A DNA stretch of 64,000 nt from Eledone cirrhosa (GCA_964016885.1 CAXHJY010001754.1:10096-74095), one strand, 5' to 3'. Counted from the stretch's first letter, positions 1 through 14,858 are shown. Translations and numbers: made by a program. Notes: generated from the letters alone by a model not told the origin.

Positions 1-42
<42 letters not shown>

Positions 43-145
43 CAACACGATAAAGAGAGGGAGGCGGCGGAGGAGGAGGGGGGAGGGTTTAATAGGGATG
101 ATGTTAGTATTGACGACGAGAAAGAGGAAAAACAATATGACGATA

Positions 146-176
<31 letters not shown>

Positions 177-233
177 GGATAACGATAACGATGACGATGG
201 TGATAATGATAATGATGATGATGATAATGATGA

Positions 234-424
234 TAATAGTTTCTACCTTTGACACAAGCCCAGCAAATTTCCCCAGTGTATTACTGGTACTTTATTTTAT
301 CGACCCCCTGTAAGGATGAAAGGCAAAGTTAATCTCGGCGGCATGTGAAATCAGAACGTAAAGGGCCGTATCTCTCTTCTGCAAAGCATGGCGTCAGACC
401 CTCTACCGATACTGCCAATCCACC
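234..424 (-). mobile_element. tRNA-derived SINE (octopod family, Deu/Nin-like core)
   Basis: Reverse complement has A-box TGGCAGTATCGGT, a degenerate B-box, core CCTTTCATCCTTAC-GGGGTCGATAAAATAAAGTACCAG and tail GCTTGTGTCAAAGGTAGAAAC; matches about 20 other copies in the window. Confidence 0.85.
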
Positions 425-482
425 AGATGATAATGAGGACGAAAATGATGACGATGATGACGTTGATACTACTACTATTATT

Positions 483-641
483 AATAATTGTTTCTACGTT
501 AGGCACAAGGCCAGCAATTACCAAGTGTATTACTGGTACTTTATTTTATCGACCCCGTAAGGATGAAAGGCAAAGTTAACCTCGGCGAGATTTGAACTCA
601 GAATGGCAAGGGCCGTAACTCTATACGTCAAAGCATGGCGT
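483..641 (-). mobile_element. SINE copy, 5'-truncated
   Basis: Same core and tail; B-box GAGTTCAAATC on the minus strand. Confidence 0.85.
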
Positions 642-803
642 TAATAATAACAATAGCCCAAGTGATGTGAACAATTATGATATGATTTCTTTATTGGCCA
701 CAAGGGCTGACATCAAGAAAAACATTAGAGACCGTACAGGATGGTACAGGACGGTACAGGACGGTACGATGTGGGTTTTGTGCGTGTATTTATATAAGAA
801 TTA

Positions 804-993
804 GGGCGATGGATTGGCAGTATCGGTAGAGGGTCGGACGCCATGCTTTGACGCGTAGAGTTACGGCCCTTGCCATTCTGAGTTCAAATCCCGCCGAGGT
901 TAACTTTGTCTTTCATCCTTACGGGGTCGATAAAATAAAGTACCAGTAATACACTGGGTAATTGCTGGCCTTGTGCCGAAAATAGAAACAATT
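804..993 (+). mobile_element. Full-length SINE copy
   Basis: GGCGATGGATTGGCAGTATCGGTAGAGGGTCGGAC...GAGTTCAAATCCCGCCGAGG...GGGGTCGATAAAATAAAGTACC...GAAACAATTA. Confidence 0.9.
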
Positions 994-1059
994 ATTTATA
1001 TAAGAAAAGAAAAAGAAAAAAGACATAGAAACATATATATATATATATATATATAAACA

Positions 1060-1520
1060 ATAAAAATGAAAATTCAAACAATGAAAAATCCCCAATAGGG
1101 GGGAAACCTCCGAGGGTTACTCGTGGCGAAAACCACACTTTTGTGTGGTTTTCGCCACGAGTCACCCTGACCACCAGAGCAAGCGCCCTCTCTCAATTTT
1201 TCCATTCCTCAAACTAGAGCGATCCCGTTTACGCGGACCATTCTCGCTACATTCACCCACCTTTCAACAAACTTGCTAGAAGGCAGCACTTGCCTCTCCT
1301 GATTTTCCCCTTCAAGTGAAACTTGGAAAAGTTAATTAGGGATTCGCCGAAGAGGAAAGTGTCTGTCTTTAACCCTTTCAACCTGTCCACCACACAATTT
1401 CTTTCGCCATGGCCACCAGGAAGATGAAAACGGCCTGCCGTTCCTCCTCGAAGGAAGACGGCGAGACCATCTGCACAATGGACTCAATCGATAACGGGAT
1501 CAGTCCAGCACGTGACAGAA
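1060..1520 (-). mobile_element. 3' fragment of Tx1/L1-like LINE (ORF2 C-terminus plus 3'UTR), frameshifted
   Basis: Minus strand translates PLSIESIVQMVSPSSFEEERQAVFIFLVAMAKEIVWWT..., resembling the AK-x-x-(I/V)W-x-x-R C-terminal motif of Tx1-type ORF2; followed by a hairpin-bearing T-rich UTR. Confidence 0.6.
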
Positions 1521-1649
1521 ACTATTATAATGAAAACAACATTGGTGATGACTGAAACAAGAAAATGAAGGAAATTTAGAGAAAAAAAATAGAATGTGAG
1601 ATAAAGAGGATAAAATATAACATTGTTAGAAATATGACAGACACATACA

Positions 1650-2142
1650 TTGCCATACACAGATACACACACACATACATTCACACACAGAGATACATAC
1701 ACACACACACATATATATACATACATACATACATTCACACACCCAGATACATACACACACACATATATATACATACATACATACATACATACATACATAC
1801 ATACATACATTCACACACCCAGATACATACACAAACACACATATATATATATACATACATACATACATTCACACACCCAGATACATACACACACACACAT
1901 ATATATATACATACATACATACATTCACACACCAAGATACATACACACACACACATATATATACATACATACATACATTCACACACCCAGATACATACAC
2001 ACACACACATATATATACATACATACATTCACACACCCAGATACATACATTCACACACTTTCACATACACACAGATACACACACTTTCACACACACATGC
2101 ATAAACACACACACACACTTTCACACACACATGCACACACAC

Positions 2143-2185
<43 letters not shown>

Positions 2186-2304
2186 CATTCACCGGACACA
2201 CACATACAAACTCATATATATATTTAAAATCACAACATATACACACTTATATATATACACACACATAGACACAGACACACACTTACACACGCACACACAT
2301 ACAT

Positions 2305-2335
<31 letters not shown>

Positions 2336-2424
2336 CACGTACACACACACACACATATATATATATATACACACATATATACAAACACACACACATATAT
2401 ATAAATATATATATATATATGTAG

Positions 2425-2517
<93 letters not shown>

Positions 2518-2560
2518 TACACATATATACACACATATATATATACATTATCAGTCTAAT
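1650..2560. repeat. Compound CA/TA/CATA microsatellite with a ~50-bp higher-order unit (CACACACCCAGATACATACAC...CATT)
   Basis: Direct inspection; the unit recurs about 8 times in 1650-2060. Confidence 0.9.
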
Positions 2561-2626
2561 TTTAATAGGTTTATCTATATTAATGTTATCTGATTAAGTC
2601 TTCATTAATTTAATCTCTCATTACAG

Positions 2627-2665
2627 GAAGCCAACACAACACTACTTCCGGCTTCCTTGTCTACG
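2627..2665 (+). other. Candidate small exon (39 nt)
   Basis: Acceptor aatctctcattacAG, donor ACG|GTgaaa; non-repetitive GC-richer island between microsatellites. Confidence 0.3.
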
Positions 2666-2720
2666 GTGAAATCAAATTTTCTTTTATATATTTCATCTTA
2701 TATTTTATATATATATATAT

Positions 2721-2764
<44 letters not shown>

Positions 2765-2827
2765 GTTCTCTTTCTCGCCCAGTCTCTCTCCCTCCCCCCT
2801 CTCTCTCTCTATGTATATATATATATA

Positions 2828-2897
<70 letters not shown>

Positions 2898-3105
2898 CAG
2901 ACTGATATAAAATATCTATATAAAATAGATATATATATATATTTATATATATATATATATACATATATATACATATATATAAACAGGAAGATATTCTATA
3001 CAAAAATATTTATGAAGGTATTAGCATTCTTAGTCAGCCATTATCTAAGAATCATTTAGTTAACTATGTGAACGATGTTTTAACTACATTATATAATTAT
3101 AAAGA

Positions 3106-3486
3106 GGGCAGTGGATTGGCAGTATCGGTAGAGGGTCGGACGCCATGCTTTGACGCATAGAGTTGCGCCCCTTGCCATTCTGAGTTCAAATCCCGCCGAG
3201 GTTAACTTTGCCTTTCATTCTTACGGGGTCGATAAAATAAAGTACCAGTAATGCACTGGGTAATTGCTGGCCTTGTGCCAAAAGCAGAAAAATTAATGGC
3301 GGTGGATTTGCAGTATCGGTAGAGGGTCGGGCGCCATGCTTTGACGCATAGAGTTGCGCCCCTTGCCCTTCTGAGTTCAAATCCCGCCGAAGTTAACTTT
3401 GCCTTTCATCCTTACGGGGTCGATAAAATAAAGTATCAGTAATGTACTGGGTAATTGCTGGCCTTGTGCCTAAAGTAGAAACAATT
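3106..3486 (+). mobile_element. Two full-length SINE copies head-to-tail (3106-3292, 3298-3486)
   Basis: Two complete A-box/B-box/core/tail units. Confidence 0.9.
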
Positions 3487-3881
3487 ATATAATTATACAG
3501 AATTAAGACTTAACGTGGACTTTATCACTAGTTTTATCAAGAAAACAGTTAACTTATTTAACGAAAGGGGAGTACTCAATACGGTTAATCACAGTGCTTC
3601 AATATTTTCTTATTATACCAATAGTTGGTGTAGGTTTTAGTTGTTGTTTTTTTTTAATTGGCTTCATAGATGTTTTTTCTTCCCCTCCTTTTATAAATCC
3701 GTATATTACTGGTACCTTTGCTACAACAGATATGAAACTGAGGTACTTTAGCAAGGAAATGGACGCACACATAATACATGCATACACACATACATACACT
3801 CACACGTGCACACACATGCATACACACACACACGAAGAATTTTTTACAGAGACGGCTATCAGTTAAACACCATATATATGT

Positions 3882-3924
<43 letters not shown>

Positions 3925-3985
3925 CATATATGTGTGTATATATATATATACACATATATATATATATATCATACATATAGTTATA

Positions 3986-4078
<93 letters not shown>

Positions 4079-4130
4079 TACATAGATACATACATAGATA
4101 CATACATGCATATCTGCCACCAAATTATAG

Positions 4131-4515
4131 CACAACCGGCCTGATGTTGTTTGGGACCACACATTGAAAACGTGTTCTGTTGTGGAGATCAGCTGCCCAC
4201 TTGATGTAAACGTTGTCAGAAAAATACATTGATGATGAGTTTACAAATCCAGTATCCAAGATACACCTTTAGCTTCATACCCATCATTATTGGAGCTACT
4301 GGTTATATACCAACTCGCTTGGACCAAAGTATGACTGAACTTGGATTTGCGGACATAGAACGCAGCTCCCTAATTCATAGTCTACAAATGACTGCGATAG
4401 CTGGCACCTTCAAAATTTACAAAACATTCTTGCGATTCAAGAGATGACAATTTCTTTTCTTTTACAACCTTGCCACCAGGAAGGTGGCCAGTCAAAAAAT
4501 ATACTCAAAATAAAG
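4131..4515 (+). mobile_element. 3' fragment of RLE-type (R4/Dong-like) non-LTR retrotransposon
   Basis: Translates [31 protein letters not shown]...(frameshift) LQIQYPRYTFSFIPIIIGATGYIP, the PD-(D/E)xK restriction-like endonuclease C-terminus; short UTR with AATAAA. Confidence 0.75.
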
Positions 4516-5302
4516 AGAAAGAGATAAACATACATACATACACTCATACATATATACATATATGTAACATTACTGTAACATTACAACCCCACATGCATAT
4601 CTAGAGATCCATGTAAATACAAAACATGGTGGGAACAATATCAAAGACGTCAGAAGTAAAAATATAGTATACGTTGTCGCCATTAATTTGTTTTCCAATC
4701 TTTGATACAATTAATATGGCCGTCACTAGCTTCTAATAGATCCATAACATGGAGGCCATTTTTCTTCTTTGCTCTTTCATACACATCTAACTTTTTCTGC
4801 ATCACTAACAATAGACATGCTGATATATTTCTTTCTTAAATACTTCCCTTTTACCTACTTTGAATTAGAATTATGTACTGTAATTGGAAACAAATTTAAA
4901 GACAGAGGCATAAAATCAGACCACACCCCACGAAAAAAAAAAAACCTTGAGGTTGGTTTACTTGCAAGTAAATAACAAAATGGCGATATATATATATGTT
5001 AAAATAATAGGTTGTTTGTTGTTGTCTTTTTTTCATATTAAGAAGCAGTTGTTATTGTTTGAACTCTAGTTTTGTTGTCGCCATCTTGTGTTTTATGTAG
5101 CTGATGATACGGTTCGTTTGAAAATTAACTGACCTTTCACATATTATTTCTTAAACATCCTAATTTTTTCAAATTAGTTCAAGCATTTTCTTTTTATCGA
5201 GAAATTTGAAAGAAGATAAAAAATCACAGCTAAAAAGATATATAGACAAACACACACACACATAAATATATTTATATGTGTATGTATACATCGTCATGAT
5301 AC

Positions 5303-5363
<61 letters not shown>

Positions 5364-5618
5364 TTTATACATGTTATATATATATATATATACATATATA
5401 ATCACACATATATATTCATACATATATATATATATATGCATTTATATATGTTATATATATATATATATATGTGTGTGTGTATGTGTGTGTAATGTATGTA
5501 TGTATTATAACATATATATGCATAAATATATTATACATCATTTAGATCACATTTCCATGATTTTGTTATATACACTTATAAAATATATTATTCATTTGTG
5601 TTTCTTTGAAAGGCAGAC

Positions 5619-5666
<48 letters not shown>

Positions 5667-5722
5667 AATACATACATATATTTCTGTACTTGCTTATTTG
5701 CATCGATATACATTTGCGTATG

Positions 5723-5781
<59 letters not shown>

Positions 5782-6348
5782 GTGTGTGTGTGTGTATATA
5801 TATATGCCTGCTTGCATGTATGTATTAACGCATGAATATATGTATATATAATGCACGTATATATATATGCATGCATGTGTATATACAAGCATGCGTAGTA
5901 GCAGTTAAGAGTGAGCATGCGTGAGGTTTTTATGTGATATTCGTAAGAGTGTAAAAACCAAAATAATTCATATTGAACCTTAAATTTATTTGCCCATCAA
6001 TTTCTGAAATATATTTCATAATCTTCTTTGATCCGGTTTAGAGGGCTGAAAGTGGTTTCAAACATAGAAGAGTATGGCGTCCTTTACTTTATATTATATG
6101 ATGGGGCTTTTTTTTTAACATGTTCATCGTAATTGCTTACTCAGCCGTTCTTTGTAGATATTTTAAGAGCTTGTCTCACAATTGTGTTAAAATATAAAAT
6201 AAGGGTTGTAGAAACAACTAAGTGACAGGAAAGACATTTAAATGGACATATATAATTGACTGTGACATAATTTGCTTGATAAATAAATAGATAGATAGAT
6301 AGATAGAGCTTTTAGATAAATAAATGTGGGTATATATGTATATATACA

Positions 6349-6436
<88 letters not shown>

Positions 6437-6679
6437 CACATTTATCTATCTAAGACCTCTATCTATCTATCTATATATGTATATGTGTATGTATATATTT
6501 ACAGACACACAAAAATCCATACATAAGTATGTATTTATATGTATGTTTGTGTATATATATATATATATATATATATACAAGTTTTCATAATAAAAACCTC
6601 AATGTGAAACCTCGTTTTATTTTCTTTACATATGTATACTGTATATACTGTGTATATACATATATTTATTAAGAAAAAC

Positions 6680-6727
<48 letters not shown>

Positions 6728-7007
6728 GAAAAACATTATATATATATATATATATAATGTACTTAGTTAAACTTTGTTCTTAAAACGAGATAACCTAAAT
6801 GTGAGAATTAAAATGAAGTTTTTCACAGAAACTCTACGTATAAATTACTTAGAGAAAATATCCCTATTGGATACTAGACATATATTATGTACTGTATTTT
6901 CAATGGTATAAGAAAACATGAAAGTAAAACAAAACATTGCAATACTCATAACACTGAACAGTGCAGTAAACCTATACAATATTAATAATACTTCTCATGA
7001 ATTGTTT

Positions 7008-7215
7008 CTAACACTGATATACATAAAGCCAGGAAGTTAAGGGCGGGAGCAGTCGATTAAATCACCCCAGTACTGGACTGGTACTTTATTTTATCGACCT
7101 CGAATGGATGAAAGGCAAAGTTGACCCCGTCAGGATTTGAACTTAGAGAGCAGACAACCGAAATAAATACTGCAAAGCATTCTATCCGACGTTCTAACGA
7201 CTTTGCCAATTTGCA
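7008..7215 (-). mobile_element. Diverged SINE copy (older subfamily)
   Basis: GGTACTTTATTTTATCGACCTCGAATGGATGAAAGGCAAAGTTGACC core. Confidence 0.8.
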
Positions 7216-7379
7216 ACCCATTCGAGTCTATTTATGAACAAGAAATCTGGAATTATGTATAGAATCCTGTACACAACTAATTATTCCATGTTGTTTATGA
7301 CATCTTATGTCATATTTATTAGCAATTATGGTTTAATTAACTTGATCATCATTGTATGTGATGAATGAAGAATAATCCT

Positions 7380-7625
7380 CGTTTAGATGTCTGTAAATTA
7401 AAACATGCATTATCGACGGGTCCTGTCAGAAGCAACCGTCTCCAGTTCATCCGGTTGGATCCTGTTGGAGCCTCATGGATGTTATCCAACCATCTTGCTC
7501 GGGGTCTATCCCTGGGTTTCCTGCCGCTTGGTTTTGTCAATTTTTAGACACAAAATTTGTTAAAGCTTTTCAGGAATCGAAGTGAGGTGGGGTGAACAAA
7601 AGTTGTATCACTCTTCGATTCCAGG
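7380..7625 (-). mobile_element. RTE-clade LINE ORF C-terminal fragment
   Basis: KPSGRKPRDRPRARWLDNI motif (G-K/R-R-P-R-G-R-P-x-x-R-W-x-D), homologous to 53375-53710. Confidence 0.7.
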
Positions 7626-7857
7626 AAAGATTTAATATATTTCTGTCAAAGAATTCGTCCTATAAATCAGTGCAAAGTTTTATTTAAAATTCATTAAGAA
7701 TGAAAACCTTTCAGGGTATGACAAAAACATATTTGGTCGGTGTAGGCAACAACGATTTCCCCATGGTGCCTCGTTTCTCGTTATCAATGAAATTTATCTC
7801 AACATCAAGTAAATCAAGCAGAAATATATCTATTTTCATTTCTATTTTGTTTATCAG

Positions 7858-7972
7858 ACTTCAAAGAATCCATTGTGGAGATAGATCTAGAAAACTCTAA
7901 CAACATCACAACAATCCAATAAATCATTCCGACACTCTTTAACCTTAAAGAGTGTTTCCAAAAAGGCTTAAG
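7858..7972 (+). other. Candidate exon (115 nt; stop codons in all frames)
   Basis: Strong acceptor tctattttgtttatcAG and donor AAG|GTaaat. Confidence 0.35.
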
Positions 7973-8965
7973 GTAAATCCTATCTCGACGCTGAAATAGA
8001 AACTCCGAAAAATTAGTAATAAAATTTAGTCTTTATTTATATATTTTTTCACTTCTATTTTGATTCTTATTTTATGTTGTTTTTTATTTATGTATGTTAT
8101 TTTGTTGTTTTTCATGAAAGCTTTATAATGTCTTAATTTAAATATCTCCCCTTTCACCTTTCTTCGTCTACATCAACCTGCTCATTACATTCCGGCAAAC
8201 AGCTTAAGTTTCTTTCTACAAGTTAAACAAAATATTTCCTTGAATATAAAGTTAAACAAAAAACGAAACAATGTTTTCTTAATTCTTAACATTTTTTGTT
8301 TCTTTCTTTATGCAAAAATAATTAAATTAACATCACAGAAATTAGTAAGTGTACCGTATCGTTTTTAGTCGCCTAGTAAAACAGCTTTTTTTTTTTTTTT
8401 CTTTTTTACTTTATTTTCTGGAAATAAAGCAGCTGTTTGAAGCTAACACTGTGATTAGCTGGACAACATTGGCATAAGACAGTGTAATTATGATATCTGC
8501 TAGACGCGATTTACTTAAACCTAGACATTGTCAATTCAGTGAGTGATGTTCTCTGCAGAGAAGGCATTCAATTAGTAAAGTCTGAGCAATGTTAATATAA
8601 TGCTTCTTCACTATCATCATCAAAATAGAATTTACTTTCAGGGTCCTGACAATATAATCCCCACAGCACAATCCTTTCTTTATTACATAATCATCTCTAT
8701 ATCCGTTTCTAGACTGAGCGTTTAAACATAGGTTGTTGCTATGTAAATTCAACTAAGTAGTCGATCTAAACAGAGCTTTTATGGATTGCATTTAAATCCC
8801 GCAAAAGGGCAGCCATTTCTGTAATATAGTAAAAATAACAACTTTATTAAATCAATGGATGCTGCAGGATATAGTTTCTATAAAGTATTATGGATTTTAT
8901 TGTTTTAAAATTAATAATCTTTACAAGTCCACAATAAATGTGAAAACTTTCCCATTATCAGAGAT

Positions 8966-8998
<33 letters not shown>

Positions 8999-9001
8999 AC
9001 A

Positions 9002-9365
9002 AATAATTGTTTCTACTTTAGGCACAAGGCCAGCAATTATCTCGAGGTATAACTGGTACTTTATTTTATAGACCCCGTAAGGATGAAAGGCAAAGTTAAC
9101 CTCGACGGGATTTGAACTCAGTCCGTAAAGGAACGTAACTGTGCTGCAAAGCATGGCGTCCGACCCTCTACCGATACTGCCAATCCACCAATAAATAATT
9201 GTTTCTACTTTAGGCACAAGGCCAGCAATTACCCAGTGCATTACTGGTACTTTATTTTATCGACCCCGTAAGGATGAAAGGCAAAGTCAACCTCGGCGGG
9301 ATTTGAACTCAGATCGTAAAAGGATGTAACTATGCTGGAAAGCATGGCGTCTGACCCTCTACCGA
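9002..9365 (-). mobile_element. Two SINE copies head-to-tail
   Basis: Two core+tail units at 9002-9189 and 9193-9365. Confidence 0.9.
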
Positions 9366-9490
9366 TTGTAATATATACATACAGAGAGATACACATTATA
9401 CATTATCATATATATATATATATATACGGGGTAACAAATAATAGTTATATGCAGTCCATATATAGCAAACCATGTGACTCTTCTTTCCTG

Positions 9491-9562
<72 letters not shown>

Positions 9563-9580
9563 TCTATTTTCTTGTCTCAT

Positions 9581-9672
9581 CGCCAGACTGATGAGAAGAT
9601 CGATTCTGGAGTCGGGTCAATAACTCATATGGATGACCTTGAGCCAATCCTCTGCGAAACACGCGTACCAGG
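9581..9672 (+). ncRNA. Degenerate PLE-type hammerhead motif with long stem II
   Basis: CTGATGA (9588)...GAAAC-ACGC-GTA; stem I does not pair convincingly. Confidence 0.35.
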
Positions 9673-9723
9673 TCAATACACTATTAAAATCTTATACATG
9701 TAAACGAAACTTTCTCGTTTTTT

Positions 9724-9782
<59 letters not shown>

Positions 9783-10407
9783 TGAGAGGGGGGGGAGAGG
9801 GGGGGAGAGAGAGAGCTTAAGAACAGCGTGATTTAAAATCAGTGTGTGAAACTGAAGATTTCTTACTTCCCCTTGAGTCCAGGTTGTCAGAGGATGGTTG
9901 AACCTTCTCCAGACTAGTCAATCCACAGCATTAAGAACAGAAACCGACCACACCCCGCAGTCACAGACATCTGACGCTGAGATAGTGAACCAGTCGTGGT
10001 TCCAACCAAATATGTTGACAGTGATGGGCGATACTAGGTCTGTTATCTCTTCCATTGTTCGATAACATAGAGTTGTGTACGGCAGCAAGACAGAATATGT
10101 TGAGAGGTTTCACATTCATCAGGTCTTGGGTTCTATTCCACAGCTTACTTGAAAACACTTGAGTAAATGTCATTTACACAATAGCTTTGGGTTGACCCCA
10201 CATGCATTGTGAAATTGGTAGACGGAGGCTATGTGGAAGCCTGTCGGAAGGATGGTTGTTGTAATTTAAGGGCCAGCTTTGTCACATGTTGCAACGCTGA
10301 ATCTCCCTGATAATTACATTAGGAGTACACGTGTTTGTGAAATGGTGGGTGACTTACACGTTTATTTCATGGGCAGGCTGTTCGTATTGGTAGAGCAATT
10401 GGAATGC

Positions 10408-10489
<82 letters not shown>

Positions 10490-10495
10490 GACACA

Positions 10496-10537
<42 letters not shown>

Positions 10538-10563
10538 GAGACACACACACTCTGTCTCTCTCC

Positions 10564-10666
<103 letters not shown>

Positions 10667-10882
10667 TGACACTCTCACACTTCTTTTGGTCATCGAATTA
10701 TTTTTTGTTCTATTGCCTTGTACAGTTTGATATTAGATATCTTGGTGACGATACCAGAATGATAATGATGAGGGTGATGATGATGATGATGACGATGATA
10801 AAGTCATAAGTAGTAATTATGCAGTTTTAACTGCGCAATCCTATTAGCCAGACACTCTTCTCTCTCTCCATGTATTAATATA

Positions 10883-10958
<76 letters not shown>

Positions 10959-10977
10959 CATATATATACATATATAT

Positions 10978-11009
<32 letters not shown>

Positions 11010-11037
11010 ACATATATATATGTGTGTGTATATATAT

Positions 11038-11127
<90 letters not shown>

Positions 11128-11132
11128 TGTAC

Positions 11133-11244
<112 letters not shown>

Positions 11245-11296
11245 TATATGTATATATATATATATATATATTAGTATATATATATATATATTAGTA

Positions 11297-11330
<34 letters not shown>

Positions 11331-11332
11331 CT

Positions 11333-11367
<35 letters not shown>

Positions 11368-12034
11368 TAGTATATATATATGAATATATATACTAATATA
11401 TATATACATTCATAAGTATTAATCAAGAAAATTATATGCACGCAAATATTAATTGAGATCCGTTGTCATTCATATAATAATAGAACATGAAGGAGGACGA
11501 GTTTAACAACTACTGTAACAACAACAACAGCAACGACAACGACAACAACGATAACAACACGGCTATAACAACTCAACAACAACAACAACAGAACTAACAC
11601 TTCAACAACAACAAAAATAACACCAACAATGGGACAATAAGAAAACTTCGATAAAGGATTATCTGCAAGAAATAGTAGTGAAATCTTCCTCAAATCACAA
11701 CTTAAATTTTTAAAATTAAGGACACGTTGGATAATATAACACTATTCACATTATGTCTTTAAAAAAAGCACGACGGGATGGTCATGGGTGGAACGCCTTT
11801 GATCACGTGTCTTTTTGGTGATGGCTTGCAAGAAATTAAACAACAATGGACTTTCCACAAAATAACAGATGACGGCGATGACGAAGAAGATGAAGTTGAG
11901 AGTAATAACGAAGATGATGATGATGATGATGATGATGATTATGATGATGATGATGGTGGGGGAGGAGGAGGGGTAGAATGACGATGACTACGATGATGAT
12001 GATTATGAGAGGAGTAATATTAATGATAATGTAT

Positions 12035-12143
12035 CATCCCGTCGAGGTTAACTTTGCCTTTCATCCTTACGGGGGGTCGATAAAATGAAGTACCAGTAAT
12101 GCACTGAGGTAATTGCTGGCCTTGTGCCAAAAGTAGAAACAAT

Positions 12144-12145
<2 letters not shown>
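12035..12145 (+). mobile_element. SINE 3' half
   Basis: Core and tail match. Confidence 0.8.
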
Positions 12146-12174
<29 letters not shown>

Positions 12175-12300
12175 AAAATACAACCACTACTACTACTACT
12201 ACTACTATTACTACTACTACTACTACTACTGCTACTACTACTACTACTACTACTGCTACTACTACAGTACTACTACTACTACAACTGCTACAACGACTAT

Positions 12301-12331
<31 letters not shown>

Positions 12332-12861
12332 GCTGCTGCTACTATTACAGTATTACTACTGTTACTACTACTACTACTACCTCTATTACTACAAATACAA
12401 ATGGCGACAATAATGAAATAACATCAACAATAGCTCTAAAAACTAAAAATCTCTAAACAACACAAACAGTATATTTGCTGATATTTGCTGGTAAATATCT
12501 TGGCATCATCTAATCTATCTTAAAAGATGTTGGCGTCAAGAGGGAGAAATTCTTGCTAGAAAAAGTGCTGAGTGTGATAGATATTCTTTGTGGGTTTTTT
12601 TTACGGTGGTTTCATCAAAAAACATACGTTTATATCGACTGGTCTACTGCAAAACTACACCTTTCATTAAATGGAGACAAGAAAAATCAATATATACGTG
12701 TAAGTGTGTGAGAGTGTGCCGGTGTATGTGGGAGGGATATGTATAAAATATATATGTATGTAGGGGGGGGTGTCTATTTATATCATATAATTACATGAAA
12801 GGTAGAGTTGCGAGAATCTACAAATAGCGACACACACTGACTCTCTCACGCAAAGACACGT

Positions 12862-12924
<63 letters not shown>

Positions 12925-12984
12925 AACACGAATACATTTGTGACTTGCATCTCTATTTTGGTCTTCTTTCTTTTTCAATTGTAG

Positions 12985-13036
<52 letters not shown>

Positions 13037-13246
13037 ATATATTGATTTTAGACTATGATAAGAAGGTATGATAATGTTTGTGAATGTGTGATGGGTGGCG
13101 TCTCACAAATATTTACTATTATCATTTATATACATAAATACCTAACTATATACACACGTATACATTAATATATAAATATTAACTCACGGTTGGGTGTGGA
13201 TGCATTCATGTATATGTGTGTGTCCGCATGTATCTGTGTGTTTCTA

Positions 13247-13291
<45 letters not shown>

Positions 13292-13307
13292 ACGTAGAGA
13301 TATTTAT

Positions 13308-13393
<86 letters not shown>

Positions 13394-14114
13394 TATACAT
13401 TCAAGTGTAGAGATATTTATACATAACTATACATATATATTTATATATATTTTATATTATATGTAGGATATATTGCTAGTGATATATATATATATATAAT
13501 ATATATATACATATATATCACTAGCTATAGCTGCCTACCTTCCGGAAAGGAATAAAAACCAAGACAAAAGGAATACAAAGCAAGGCAAAAGCAAGACTAA
13601 ACCAAGGTATATATAAACTAAAACTCTACATAGATGGGGACAAGAGAGAAATCCAAGAAGCAGTAATTCTATTTCTCCGTCTGTTTTATTCTGTTGGCGT
13701 TTACCAGAATTAATTGTTCCAGAAGTTCTTCAGAAGTTCTTCGTTTCATGCTAAGTGAATTTTTATCTGCCTTTTGTTTCTCAACGTGATCTATTTCAGT
13801 AGAGGTGTGTGATGTTTCTTAAAAATTTCACCTCAACAGTTTAATCTTTATACATATACATACATATATATATATATATATTATAATTTGAACACATATA
13901 TGTATATATCTGTGTTCGTTTTTCTTTATATTCTATTATAATATACGGCTCGGAAATATCTCTTTCTTAGCGCTATTTTGTTGTAAGAGAATATTTTGAG
14001 TTCCTAACTCAATATATTCCTTTGATATATATATATATATATATATATATACTATTTATATATGTAAAATAACCTTTCATATGATACATATACATACACA
14101 TATACATATACATA

Positions 14115-14155
<41 letters not shown>

Positions 14156-14159
14156 TATA

Positions 14160-14201
<42 letters not shown>

Positions 14202-14531
14202 CTAAAGATTTACATATACACAAATTAGAGAAAGTCATAGATATATATGTGTTTTTGGCAACTATTCACGATGTGGCTCAATGACGAATTAATTAATTAA
14301 ATAATCAACAATCAGAGCAATATACAATAAAGTGTGTCCATAGAATCATTTGATAAAATATATACCTCATTTCCTCTCCCAGTCAGCATAATCAACCACA
14401 CAAAAAACCAATTAAACCAGGCTATAAGATTAAAAGACGCCTATGAAAAAATAATAGATAAATAAACGACAGCTATCTATTCGCGATCAACAGCCATAGA
14501 ATATTTACCCACCATTTCCAATAGCACGTGG

Positions 14532-14858
14532 GAATCGATTAAATATATCGTCAACCATACACAATTAGGTATAAAATCAAAGTTAGAATGGTTGACGATA
14601 TATTTAATCGATTCATCAGCCATTTTCCGTCCGACACACTTCAATGTAGCCATGCTGGGTTTGGTATCTCCCACGTCTGTTTACACACCCGAGTAAGTAC
14701 CCACATATACACACACACACATACACACGCGCAGGCACACACACATGCATGCATACACATATGTACGCATACATGTGTAGACACACATACCCCCATGCAC
14801 ATATATACACACAGACACTCTCGCGTTTGAAGTGTGTCGGAGGGAAAATGGCTGATGA
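14532..14858. repeat. Two abutting inverted repeats (27-bp arms 14532-14558/14588-14614; ~31-bp arms 14614-14644/14827-14857)
   Basis: GAATCGATTAAATATATCGTCAACCAT / ATGGTTGACGATATATTTAATCGATTC; CATCAGCCATTTTCCGTCCGACACACTTCAA / TTGAAGTGTGTCGGAGGGAAAATGGCTGATG. Confidence 0.85.

Noticed and set aside
804-900. tRNA gene
   Set aside because: A/B boxes belong to the SINE head; no cloverleaf or acceptor stem
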